Assembly (NCBI GenBank): GCA_963847075.1
Contig: CAWJYL010000002.1
Coordinates: 1,276,725-1,340,724, forward strand
Length of the DNA stretch: 64,000 nucleotides
Reading direction: 5' to 3'
From: an uncultured Acidobacteriota bacterium
GTDB taxonomy: Bacteria; Acidobacteriota; Thermoanaerobaculia; UBA5066; Gp7-AA6
The notes beneath the pieces were generated by a model. It was not told where the DNA came from and did no database searches. It saw only the letters and a program-made list of their open reading frames with translations. Positions 49,244-57,962 of the stretch are shown one piece after another. Numbering within the stretch: the stretch's first letter is position 1; every line of letters begins with the position of its first letter. The position numbers and the translations under genes are program-made.

Positions 49244-50842
49244 TCAACTGTCCTGCTTCCCGTTCGTCTTGTCTTCGCGTTCGAGCAGTCCGGAAAGCGC
49301 TTTGCGGTCCACCTTGCCGCTGCTGCCGAGCGGCAGGGTTTCCAGAAACTCGAGGCGAGAGGGAACCATGTAGGCGGGGACTCTCCGTCGCATCGATTCC
49401 CGTATCTCCGCCGCGGAACGCGTCGTGCCGCTCACGAAGGCGACGATGCCCTTTGCCGATCCCGCGTCTACGGGCCACGCGACGCACGAGACGAGGTCCG
49501 ACCCACAGACTTCCCGCAAATGAGCGTCGACCTCCTCGAGCTCGACCCGATTGCCGAGCACCTTGACCTGATGATCGATGCGGCCGAGATGATGGAAAAG
49601 CCCGTCGGCGTCCTGGTAAGCGAAGTCGCCGGTGAGATACCACGTCTTCCCCTCGATGGTCGGAAAGCGGGCCTCCGTCTGGGCCGGGTCCGCGAAGTAG
49701 CCTCGGGCGATCTGAGCGCCGGAGAGGGCGAGCTCGCCCTCTCTGCCACGTGGCAGGAACTTCCGATCGGGACCGACGACCGCCGCCTGCATGCCGGTGA
49801 AGGGCTTGCCGATCGCGACGATTCCTCGATCACGGGTCACCGGTATCGGGTCCGAGACGCGTTGCACGAGGCAAGCGACCGTCGCCTCGGTCGGGCCATA
49901 GAGGTTGTCGACGATGCTGGCGGACGCGGCCTCCCGCCAGGCTCTCGCGCTGCTGGCGGGCAGAGGCTCGCCGCAAAAGAGCGAGTACCGAAGAGTTGGG
50001 AAGGCGCCCGCTGAAAGCATCTTCATCTGGCGCATGAAACCGATGGTGGACGGAACGGAAAACCAGACCGTCAGGGCCTGCTCGCGGATGAAGCGGTAGG
50101 GCCCCATCAGCTGCGAAGCGGGAACGACGCAGAGGCAGGCGCCCGCGCCCCAGGTCATGAAGAGATCGAAGACAGAGAGGTCGAATGTCAGCTCGAAGGC
50201 CTGTGAGATCCGATCGTCCGGTCCGAACCCATAACGCTTCTGGAGCACCGAAAGCAGGTGATGCACGTTGCCTGCGGAAATCATGACTCCTTTGGGTACT
50301 CCGGTCGTCCCCGAAGTGAACATGACGTACGCGAGTTCATCCGGCCCCACCGGCCGGGGCGCCCGGATCGCGTCGGGCGACGGGAGACGATCACGGCCGT
50401 CTATGCGCATGCGACCACGCCGCTCCGCCTCGAGCGAGAACGAGTCGGCGCGGCATGGAGAAAGGATCCGCGCAGGGCAATGGTCGAGCAGCCGCCGGGA
50501 AAGAAGCCCGATCCTCGCGTCGTCGATGATCAAGGCGTCGGGCGCGATGATGTCGAGAACTCGGATCAAACGCTCTTCGGGCGCGTTTGGGCTGAGCGGC
50601 ACGTAGGCGGCGCCAGCCCAGCAGGCTCCGAGGACTCCCGCGTAGGTTTCCAGGCTGCGCGAGGCCAGAACGGCGACGCGGGCTTGAGCGCGAGCCGGTG
50701 CCTCCTCGAGCCAGGCCGCAATCTGCCCGGCCATTTCCGCCAGGCGCCCATAGTTCGTGTCCGACCCATCTATGCGGAGCGCCGGTCGGTCCGGGTTGGC
50801 TCCGGCCTGCACACGGAATGGTAGCGCCAGGTTCAGGCTCAT
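49244..50842 (-). CDS. AMP-dependent synthetase/ligase (adenylation enzyme, DltA-like)
   Basis: AMP-binding motif FTSGTTGVPKG. Adenylation core YGPTE, LTGD, C-terminal GK. Confidence 0.8.
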   Translation of the reverse strand: MSLNLALPFRVQAGANPDRPALRIDGSDTNYGRLAEMAGQIAAWLEEAPARAQARVAVLASRSLETYAGVLGACWAGAAYVPLSPNAPEERLIRVLDIIAPDALIIDDARIGLLSRRLLDHCPARILSPCRADSFSLEAERRGRMRIDGRDRLPSPDAIRAPRPVGPDELAYVMFTSGTTGVPKGVMISAGNVHHLLSVLQKRYGFGPDDRISQAFELTFDLSVFDLFMTWGAGACLCVVPASQLMGPYRFIREQALTVWFSVPSTIGFMRQMKMLSAGAFPTLRYSLFCGEPLPASSARAWREAASASIVDNLYGPTEATVACLVQRVSDPIPVTRDRGIVAIGKPFTGMQAAVVGPDRKFLPRGREGELALSGAQIARGYFADPAQTEARFPTIEGKTWYLTGDFAYQDADGLFHHLGRIDHQVKVLGNRVELEEVDAHLREVCGSDLVSCVAWPVDAGSAKGIVAFVSGTTRSAAEIRESMRRRVPAYMVPSRLEFLETLPLGSSGKVDRKALSGLLEREDKTNGKQDS

Positions 50843-51243
50843 GAGCGACCCGGAAAGGGCGTCCCCCGCGAGATTAGGCTGAGGGGTTTTCTCGGTCGGA
50901 ACCCGGGAAACTGCGACGTGTCATCGGTCAATCGCGTTCTCGCCATCATGCCGCTCGAGTGAGGGGTTCAGGCGCCCGGCACAGCCCGGCGGCGTGCAGA
51001 AGAGGAGCATCGCGGCGACGGTCATGTGTCATTGTACCTTTGAACCCCTCGTTCTTGCCAGCAGGCCAGCCGGTAAGGTGGATCGCATCGGCTTGGGCGC
51101 TCGGTCACGCCGATGAGCATCGCGACCCCGAGGAGTCCGGCCCTACGAACACGAAGTCGCCATGCGGGCCTCGAGCCAGGAAGAGACCGAGTCCCGAAAG
51201 CGCCATGAGGCGCCGACTCAAACCGTTCGTCGCCGCCGTCCGG

Positions 51244-52095
51244 TCAATCCTCCTCTTCCATGAAGTAGAAGGAGCCGTCGTTCGTCGTGTTGTCGAGCTG
51301 AACCCCGTAGGCCGACAAGTAGTTGTTGCTGCCCCCTGCCGCCTGCGCCTGAATCACCATAGCGCGGGTGGTCGAAGGGATACCGGACTCCGCGAAGACG
51401 TTGTTGAGTTGGTAGACCTCGTTCTCCTCCAGCACGTGCCCGGACCTCGAACTGATCAAAAACGTCTTCAACAAGGCGCCGGTCGCGCCGTCGTAGTACG
51501 AGATTTCGACATCCGTCGTGCCGAAGCCCTCGTTGATGATCCCGATGTTGGCCCGAGTGCTGCCATCGTTTCCGAAGACCCCGCTGCGAGCCGCGCCGAG
51601 AACGCGATGCTGGCTCCCCGTCAAGCAAAAACACCGGCCGGCATACGCGAAGCCCTGCGTTCCTCCACCTGCCGCCGCACTGTACGTGCGCGCCACGGCC
51701 GCCGCTTCCGCCTTTTCGTTCAATGCGCCGTAAGTCACCAGAAGCGTTCCGAAAAGGCCCGCGTTCATGTCTTGCGCACGAATGGCGCCGGCGTCCTTGA
51801 AGGCCTGGATGATGTCGGGAAGGAAGCCGATACGCCTGGGGCCGAGGGCCCCGGCGTTCACATTCACCACTTGAAATGAGCCATCCGCAGGAGATCGATA
51901 GGAGAAAAGCAGGCTGATCGGGGTCGTGATCGACGAGCTGGCGTTGGAGATCGTAACGGACGTCCGGTAGAGGGTCACGCCTTGGACTTGTGTCACGACG
52001 GGTATCGATTTGGTGTGCTCGGCGGCTGCGAAAGCGGCGAGGAGCCAAGCGCAAGCCACGGAGACGATACGAAAAAACCGGAGGGATGGGGGCAT
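51244..52095 (-). CDS. secreted hypothetical protein
   Basis: AAGGAG then ATG. Signal peptide MPPSLRFFRIVSVACAWLLAAFAAA. No domain match. The upstream part of ORF 51244..52356 overlaps the tRNA and is not coding. Confidence 0.55.
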   Translation of the reverse strand: MPPSLRFFRIVSVACAWLLAAFAAAEHTKSIPVVTQVQGVTLYRTSVTISNASSSITTPISLLFSYRSPADGSFQVVNVNAGALGPRRIGFLPDIIQAFKDAGAIRAQDMNAGLFGTLLVTYGALNEKAEAAAVARTYSAAAGGGTQGFAYAGRCFCLTGSQHRVLGAARSGVFGNDGSTRANIGIINEGFGTTDVEISYYDGATGALLKTFLISSRSGHVLEENEVYQLNNVFAESGIPSTTRAMVIQAQAAGGSNNYLSAYGVQLDNTTNDGSFYFMEEED

Positions 52096-52322
52096 GTGCA
52101 CTCCTTTCGGAAAGGTGAGGCCTGCGAGCATATCGCCGCACGGGCGGCCTTCGTCGACGTTGGAAAAAATGCCGCAATGCCGCACCCGGCTGTAAACGCT
52201 ACGGACACACTGGTGACGGCGGCTCCCGCCAATCCAACCTTGGTGATCATGCACTCTTCGTCGCACTTCGGGGAAGCGACATTGCCTGGAAAGGCGCAAG
52301 GCCCCGCTCCTGAGTGGGCTTT

Positions 52323-52396
52323 TGGCTGGGAGGCAGGGACTCGAACCCCGATTCACTGGTCCAGAGCCAGTTGTCCTACCATTGAACGACCTCCCA
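52323..52396 (-). tRNA. tRNA-Gln (anticodon CUG)
   Basis: 74 nt. 7-bp acceptor stem UGGGAGG/CCUCCCA, U8, 5-bp anticodon stem with loop CUCUGGA, T-loop TTCGAGT, discriminator G, encoded CCA. Confidence 0.8.
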
Positions 52397-52491
52397 GTCG
52401 CTCGAGGGACGCGGATTATCTGCGGATGCTGGCCCCGGGGTCAAATCGCCCGAATCGGCCGCCGGAGGTAGGATCCGCCCCGGAGAACCGA

Positions 52492-52863
52492 ATGGTCGAC
52501 GACATGGAGAACCTCGCCTCCAAGACCTGCGTGCCCTGCCGCGGGGGGGCCCCATCGCTCACGGGCGAGCAGGCACAGCAGTTGCTCCCCGCCCTGCCGG
52601 GCTGGGGGCTCGCGGAAAACGCCACGCGGCTCGTGCGGCGCTTCGAGTTCGGCGACTTCGTCGAGGCGATCAAGTTCGTCAACCGGGTGGCCGAAGTCGC
52701 CGAGCGCGAGGGCCATCACCCCGACATCGCCATCCACTGGAACAAGGTGGACCTGACCCTCTGGACGCACAAGATTGGCGGGCTCCACGAGAACGACTTC
52801 ATCCTGGCGGCGAAGGTGAATCGCCTGCTCGACGACGATCCCGACGCGACCGTGGCCGGCTGA
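52492..52863 (+). CDS. phhB: 4a-hydroxytetrahydrobiopterin dehydratase (pterin-4a-carbinolamine dehydratase)
   Basis: GGAG then ATG. RFEFGDFVEAIKFVNRVAEVAEREGHHPDIAIHWNKVDLTLWTH. Confidence 0.85.
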   Translation: MVDDMENLASKTCVPCRGGAPSLTGEQAQQLLPALPGWGLAENATRLVRRFEFGDFVEAIKFVNRVAEVAEREGHHPDIAIHWNKVDLTLWTHKIGGLHENDFILAAKVNRLLDDDPDATVAG

Positions 52864-52900
52864 ACCGCCTCCTCGCGGACAACAGGCCGATGGAGGACAA

Positions 52901-53932
52901 ATGAGGTCGCGCAGGATGCGTTTGCTCGCGATCCTCGCGGGGACCGCGATCGCCGGCTCCGCGGCCGGCGCCGCGGAGCCGGCCGCCCCGATCACGGCCG
53001 CCCTCCGGAAACGCATCGAAGGCAAGGCGAGCCTCGCCGACGTGCGCATCGACGCCTACTGGTCGCGCGACGGCAAAGCGACGTCGGCCCGCATCTTCGG
53101 CGACGGCGTCGGCATCTGGCAGCGACAACTCCAATTCCAACTTTCGAAATCCCGGGTCCTCGAACTCCTGGGAGTCATCCAGAAGTCGGAGTTCGGAGCC
53201 ATGCCGGACAGCTTCGGAGAATCGGAGGGGGGCGAAGGGAATGAGGGGCCGCGGCTCAAGGGGCGCCTTTCCGTATTCGCGGGATCGACGTCGAAAACGG
53301 TCATTCAACTCGTCGACGGCGATCAGTCGAAAGAGCTCGACCTGCTCGTCAACGGAATTCTCGATGCCTGCGCGGAACCGGCGACGCGGGGAGTCGGCGC
53401 GGCCAGCATGGAGGAGGGCCTGAGGCTTCTCGCCTCGGGCAAGCTTTCGCCGCACATCCTCGACACCCGGTTTCAGCGACCGCCGGACCCGAAGGCAACC
53501 GAGACGCCGGACACGGGATGGACCCTGCGCACGAGCGGTCTGCGCGCGAGCGCGGAACAAATGCGGGCCGGCAGGGCCCCGGCTCCCGCCCGGGAGCTCG
53601 CGCTCTCCATGAAGGATTTCCGCGCGCTCGCGACGGCCCTGGCCGACTCCGACCCCGCGTCGCTTCCCCAGAGCCTCTACGCGGCGCGGTACACGGATCT
53701 GACCGTCGAGCTCTTCAGCTACCGCCGCACGATCGCCGGACGCCGGTTTCTCGGGATGACGCCGGAAACGCACGGCGAGAAGCAGAAGGCGTTCGACCGC
53801 CTGATCGAAACGTTCCGGGCCCTGCGTGATCGCATCGAGGTTGCCGGAAAGCCGGTGACGGCCGACCTCGCGCCGGTCGAGACCGACCGCCCGAAACGGG
53901 AAGCGAAGGGAGAGAAAAGGGAAGAGAAATAA
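52901..53932 (+). CDS. secreted hypothetical protein
   Basis: Signal peptide MRSRRMRLLAILAGTAIAGSAAGAAEP. C-terminal lysine/glutamate-rich tail. No domain match. Confidence 0.5.
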   Translation: MRSRRMRLLAILAGTAIAGSAAGAAEPAAPITAALRKRIEGKASLADVRIDAYWSRDGKATSARIFGDGVGIWQRQLQFQLSKSRVLELLGVIQKSEFGAMPDSFGESEGGEGNEGPRLKGRLSVFAGSTSKTVIQLVDGDQSKELDLLVNGILDACAEPATRGVGAASMEEGLRLLASGKLSPHILDTRFQRPPDPKATETPDTGWTLRTSGLRASAEQMRAGRAPAPARELALSMKDFRALATALADSDPASLPQSLYAARYTDLTVELFSYRRTIAGRRFLGMTPETHGEKQKAFDRLIETFRALRDRIEVAGKPVTADLAPVETDRPKREAKGEKREEK

Positions 53933-53940
53933 GGACGAAT

Positions 53941-54162
53941 TCAGGTCTTCTTGCCCGGCAGGATGGTGAAGACGAGGCCGATCACGGCCGTGCCGGCGAG
54001 CAGCCAGCGCGCCGTCTCCCAGCCCTCACGCTTGCCGCGCTCGCTCGAGGAGAACGTCGCCTTGAGCGACCCCTCGACCGAGTCGTAGCTCGCCCGCCGG
54101 CTCGAAGCGAGCAGGAAGCCAGCCAGACCGACCGCGAGCAGAATCAGACCGACTTTACGCAT
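53941..54162 (-). CDS. small membrane protein
   Basis: 73 aa with two hydrophobic helices (MRKVGLILLAVGLAGFLLAS...WLLAGTAVIGLVFTILPG). Confidence 0.4.
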   Translation of the reverse strand: MRKVGLILLAVGLAGFLLASSRRASYDSVEGSLKATFSSSERGKREGWETARWLLAGTAVIGLVFTILPGKKT

Positions 54163-54166
54163 CGCT

Positions 54167-55354
54167 TCAGTACCTCGGTAGGGACGGGTCGATACGCTCC
54201 GCCCACTTGTTGATGCCACCAACCAGGTTCCGCGCCTTCTCGTAGCCGTTCTGGAGCAGAAACTGCACGGCGTTGCCCGAGCGGGCGCCGCTACGACAGT
54301 AGACGACGATGTCGTCCTCCTTCGAGAGCTTGTCGAGGCTCTGCGGAAGCGATCCGAGCGGAATCTTGACCGACTCGGCCAGGTCCGCGATCGCCCATTC
54401 CCGCGCCTCCCGCACGTCGACGAGAACGAACGCCTCGCCGCGCTCGCGCATGGATTTCAGCTCCTCGACGGTGACCTCGGGGACGTGGCCGAACATCGCC
54501 GAAGAAGATACCACCGGCACGCCGTCGACGGTCGTGCCGCAGAAGGATTCGTAGTCGATGAGCCGCGTCACGGTGGGCCGAGGGCCGCAGAGAACGCAGG
54601 CGGGGTCCTTGCGGATCTTCATCTCCCGGAAGCGCATGGACAGCGCGTCGACGAGCACGAGACGCCCGACGAGCGGCTCCCCGACACCGAGCAGGATCTT
54701 CAGCGTCTCGGTTGCCTGCATCAGGCCGAGCAGGCCGGGCAGGATCCCGAGCACTCCTCCCTCCGCGCAGGAGGGCACGAGGCCCGGAGGTGGCGGCTGC
54801 GCATACAGGCAGCGATAGCAGGGCCCCTTCTGCGCCCAGAACACCGACGCCTGCCCCTCGAAACGGAAAACCGAGGCGTAGACGTTGGGCTTGCCGAGAA
54901 GCACGCAGGCGTCGTTGACGAGATAGCGCGTGGGAAAATTGTCCGTTCCGTCCGCGACCACGTCGAAGCCACGCAGAATGTCGAGCGCGTTGGCGGAGGT
55001 CAGCCGTTCCTCGAAGGGCTCCACCGTCACGTTGGGGTTGACCCCGCGCAGCCGCTCGATGGCGGCAGCGAGCTTCGGCCGGCCCACGTCGCCGGTTCCG
55101 AAAAGGACCTGGCGATGCAGGTTCGATTCGTCGACGACGTCGAAGTCGACGAGACCGAGCGTCCCCACCCCCGCCGCGGCGAGGTACAGGGCGAGCGGCG
55201 AGCCGAGTCCCCCGGCGCCGACCGCGAGCACGCGGGAGGCCTTGAGCCTTCTCTGCCCCTCGAGCCCGACCTCGGGCAGGATGAGGTGGCGCGCGTAGCG
55301 CCGGATCTCTTCGCCCGACAGCTCCGGCAGCGCGATCGTGGACACCGTCTCCAT
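54167..55354 (-). CDS. moeB: MoeB/ThiF-family adenylyltransferase with C-terminal rhodanese domain (MoeZ-type)
   Basis: ThiF nucleotide loop VLAVGAGGLGSPLALYLAAAGVGTLGLVDFD. CxxC pairs (CYRC, CVLC). C-terminal rhodanese with active-site CRSGARS. Confidence 0.85.
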   Translation of the reverse strand: METVSTIALPELSGEEIRRYARHLILPEVGLEGQRRLKASRVLAVGAGGLGSPLALYLAAAGVGTLGLVDFDVVDESNLHRQVLFGTGDVGRPKLAAAIERLRGVNPNVTVEPFEERLTSANALDILRGFDVVADGTDNFPTRYLVNDACVLLGKPNVYASVFRFEGQASVFWAQKGPCYRCLYAQPPPPGLVPSCAEGGVLGILPGLLGLMQATETLKILLGVGEPLVGRLVLVDALSMRFREMKIRKDPACVLCGPRPTVTRLIDYESFCGTTVDGVPVVSSSAMFGHVPEVTVEELKSMRERGEAFVLVDVREAREWAIADLAESVKIPLGSLPQSLDKLSKEDDIVVYCRSGARSGNAVQFLLQNGYEKARNLVGGINKWAERIDPSLPRY

Positions 55355-55355
55355 T

Positions 55356-56003
55356 CTACTTTTGGAGCTCCAGGCGCAGGGTCGAACCCGTTCGGCCGAC
55401 CCGCATCGCCGCAAAGGGCGTGCGCGCGACGGCGGGCCGGACCGTCCCTTCCACCTCGCGAATCGTGAAGCCGTGCCCCCGGGCAAGGCGGCGCTGCCAT
55501 CCCGCCGGGACCCGGAGCCATCCCCAGATGGGGGCCCGGTCGGCGTGGAGCTCGGCGTTGGAGGCCTCCGCATCCTGCTCGTAGATCCAGAGCATCCCGC
55601 CCGGCGTCAACGCGCGATGAACAGCGGCGAGCTCTTCGATCGGCTCCTCCCAGTGGTGAAACGCGAGGACCGAGAGCGCGAAGTCGAATTGCTCCGAGAA
55701 ACCGGCCGATGCCGGGCTGCCCAGCCGGAACTCGAGGTTGGGCGGCGCAGGTTGGCGCTCGGCCTGGCGGATCATGTCGGCCGAAATGTCCAGGCCCGTC
55801 ACCCGGACGCCGGGCCGGCCAGCCGCGATCCGCCGGGTCAGACGGCCCGGCCCGCACCCGATGTCGAGCAGACTCCCCCGCTCGATCGGGATCTCGGCGG
55901 CAATCCGCGCGTGCATGGGCTCGATCGCCGGCTCGGCCCACAGGCGGTAGAAAAACGCCGCAATCGCCCCGAAACTCTCGGCCTTTGCGCCTTTGAGGTT
56001 CAC
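55356..56003 (-). CDS. class I SAM-dependent methyltransferase
   Basis: GTG start. Motif I LLDIGCGPG. Confidence 0.7.
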   Translation of the reverse strand: MNLKGAKAESFGAIAAFFYRLWAEPAIEPMHARIAAEIPIERGSLLDIGCGPGRLTRRIAAGRPGVRVTGLDISADMIRQAERQPAPPNLEFRLGSPASAGFSEQFDFALSVLAFHHWEEPIEELAAVHRALTPGGMLWIYEQDAEASNAELHADRAPIWGWLRVPAGWQRRLARGHGFTIREVEGTVRPAVARTPFAAMRVGRTGSTLRLELQK

Positions 56004-56055
56004 GGCGGGAAGTCTGTCACGAGGCTTTGATAAATTCCCCCTTTCGGAGGTCACC

Positions 56056-57603
56056 TTGCTCCCTGAATTCTCCAACGAGCCACTGACGGACTTTTCCGTC
56101 CCCGCCCACAAGAACGCGTTTCGCGCCGCGCTCCTCAAGATCGAGAAGCAGCTGCCGATACGCGGCCGCAATCGAATCGGCGGCAGGGCCGTCGACGCGG
56201 CCAAGCACTTCGAGTCGGTCAATCCCTGCGATTTCCGGCAGGTCATCGGCCGGTTCCCGGAGGGCACGGTGGGCGACGCCGACCGCGCCCTGGACTCAGC
56301 GACCGACGCGTTCGCCTCGTGGAGCCGCATGCCCGCGGCCGAGCGCTCGGCTTTCGTGCTGCGCATCGCGGCGATCCTGCGCCGGCGCAAGCACGAATTC
56401 TCCGCGATGATGGTGCTCGAGGAGTCGAAGTCCTGGCCCGAGGCCGACGGCGACACCGCCGAGGCGATCGACTTCTGCGAATTCTACGCGCGCGAGATGG
56501 AGCGCCTTTCCCTGCCGCAGCCCATGACGCCGTTTCCCGGCGAGCGCAATGAGCTCCAGCACATCCCCCTCGGCGTCTGTGTCGTCATCCCGCCCTGGAA
56601 CTTCCCGCTCGCGATTCTCTGCGGCATGACGACGGCCGCGCTCGTCGCCGGAAACACGGTGGTCCTCAAGCCCTCTTCCGACGCCGCCGGAATCGCGACG
56701 ATGTTCATGGAGGCGTGCGAGGAGGCCGGCGTGCCCGACGGCGTCCTGAACTTCCTGACCGGCGGCGGCTCGACCGTCGGCAACGCCCTGGTCGAGAGCC
56801 CGAAGTCCCGATTGATCGCCTTCACCGGATCCCGCGACGTCGGCATCCAGATCAGCGAGAAGGCCGGCCGCGTCGTCCCGGGCCAGATCTGGATCAAGCG
56901 CGCGATCCTCGAGATGGGCGGCAAGGATTTCATCCTCGTCGACGAGACGGCCGACGTCGAGGACGTCGCCAACGGCGTGGTCGCCGCGGCGTTCGGGTTC
57001 CAGGGTCAGAAGTGCTCGGCCTGCTCCCGCCTGATCGTGCACCACAAAATCCACGGAGAGCTCCTCGAGCGGGTCGTCGCGAAGACGAAAGCCCTCTCCG
57101 TCGGCGACGTGCGAGACCCCAAAAACTCCGTCGGCGCCGTCATCAACGCGCGCGCTCAGAAGACCATTCTCGAGTACGTCGGCATCGGCAAGAGGGAGGG
57201 CCGGATCGCCGCCGGGGGAAAGGCGGGCCCGAAGCAGGGCTACTTCGTCCTGCCCACAGTCGTCGACGGCATCCGCCCGAGCGCGCGCCTCGCCTGCGAG
57301 GAGATCTTCGGCCCCGTGCTCGCCGTGCTCAAGGTGAAGAGCTTCGAGGAGGGCATCGCCGTCGCCAACGACTCCGAGTACGGCCTGACGGGCTCGCTCT
57401 ACTCGCGAGACCGGGAGCGGCTCCTGCGCGGCAAGCGCGAGCTCTTCGTCGGCAACCTGTACTTGAACCGCAAGTGCACGGGCGCGCTCGTCGGCGTGCA
57501 CCCGTTCGGCGGGTTCAACATGTCCGGCACGGACTCCAAGGCCGGCGGCCGCGAGTACCTGTACCTGTTCACCCAGCAGAAGGCGATCTCGGAGAAGCTG
57601 TAG
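56056..57603 (+). CDS. pruA: L-glutamate gamma-semialdehyde (1-pyrroline-5-carboxylate) dehydrogenase, ALDH family
   Basis: GGAGG then TTG (LPEFSNEPLTDF). ALDH motifs PWNFPLAI, FTGS, EMGGK, FGFQGQKCSACSR. Confidence 0.8.
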   Translation: MLPEFSNEPLTDFSVPAHKNAFRAALLKIEKQLPIRGRNRIGGRAVDAAKHFESVNPCDFRQVIGRFPEGTVGDADRALDSATDAFASWSRMPAAERSAFVLRIAAILRRRKHEFSAMMVLEESKSWPEADGDTAEAIDFCEFYAREMERLSLPQPMTPFPGERNELQHIPLGVCVVIPPWNFPLAILCGMTTAALVAGNTVVLKPSSDAAGIATMFMEACEEAGVPDGVLNFLTGGGSTVGNALVESPKSRLIAFTGSRDVGIQISEKAGRVVPGQIWIKRAILEMGGKDFILVDETADVEDVANGVVAAAFGFQGQKCSACSRLIVHHKIHGELLERVVAKTKALSVGDVRDPKNSVGAVINARAQKTILEYVGIGKREGRIAAGGKAGPKQGYFVLPTVVDGIRPSARLACEEIFGPVLAVLKVKSFEEGIAVANDSEYGLTGSLYSRDRERLLRGKRELFVGNLYLNRKCTGALVGVHPFGGFNMSGTDSKAGGREYLYLFTQQKAISEKL

Positions 57604-57620
57604 TGTCCTCCCGACCCAAA

Positions 57621-57757
57621 AACCTGTCATCTCGAGCCGGACAGTTTGTCATCCCGAGCGCAGCGAGGGATCCCCTTCCGAGTCACACTGCAGCGGAAAG
57701 AGAGATCCCTCGTCGCTGCGCGCCTCGGGATGACATAGTGCTCCTCGGGATGACATA
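57621..57757. repeat. composite palindromic repeat element, copy B (GTCATCCCGAGC family)
   Basis: Forward cores cctgtcatctcgagc and tgtcatcccgagcgcagcgagggatc. About 30-bp inverted arm gatccctcgtcgctgcgcgcctcgggatgaca. Second reverse core ctcctcgggatgacatag. 137 bp between the pruA stop and the next RBS. Confidence 0.7.
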
Positions 57758-57772
57758 GAAAAGGAGGCGGCC

Positions 57773-57952
57773 ATGCTTCGTCTGCTCGGCATCCTCGTCT
57801 TCGTCCTCGACATCATCGCGATCGTCTCGATCCTGAAGAGCTCGGCCGACGCGGGATCGAAGCTCCTCTGGATGATCCTCGTCATCCTGCTCCCCTTCCT
57901 CGGCATGATCCTGTACTTCCTGATCGGCCCGGGTCGCCGGACCGTGCTCTGA
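57773..57952 (+). CDS. PLD-nuclease N-terminal-domain (PLDc_N) small membrane protein
   Basis: AAGGAGG then ATG. 59 aa: MLRLLGILVFVLDIIAIVSILKSSADAGSKLLWMILVILLPFLGMILYFLIGPG. Confidence 0.6.
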   Translation: MLRLLGILVFVLDIIAIVSILKSSADAGSKLLWMILVILLPFLGMILYFLIGPGRRTVL

Positions 57953-57962
57953 GGCGCCCGCT

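Noticed and set aside
52323-52396. tRNA-Gln as an integration hotspot or genomic-island boundary.
   Set aside because: No integrase, direct repeat of the tRNA 3' end, or compositional shift is detectable within the flanking 10 kb. The neighbours are ordinary secreted and housekeeping genes.
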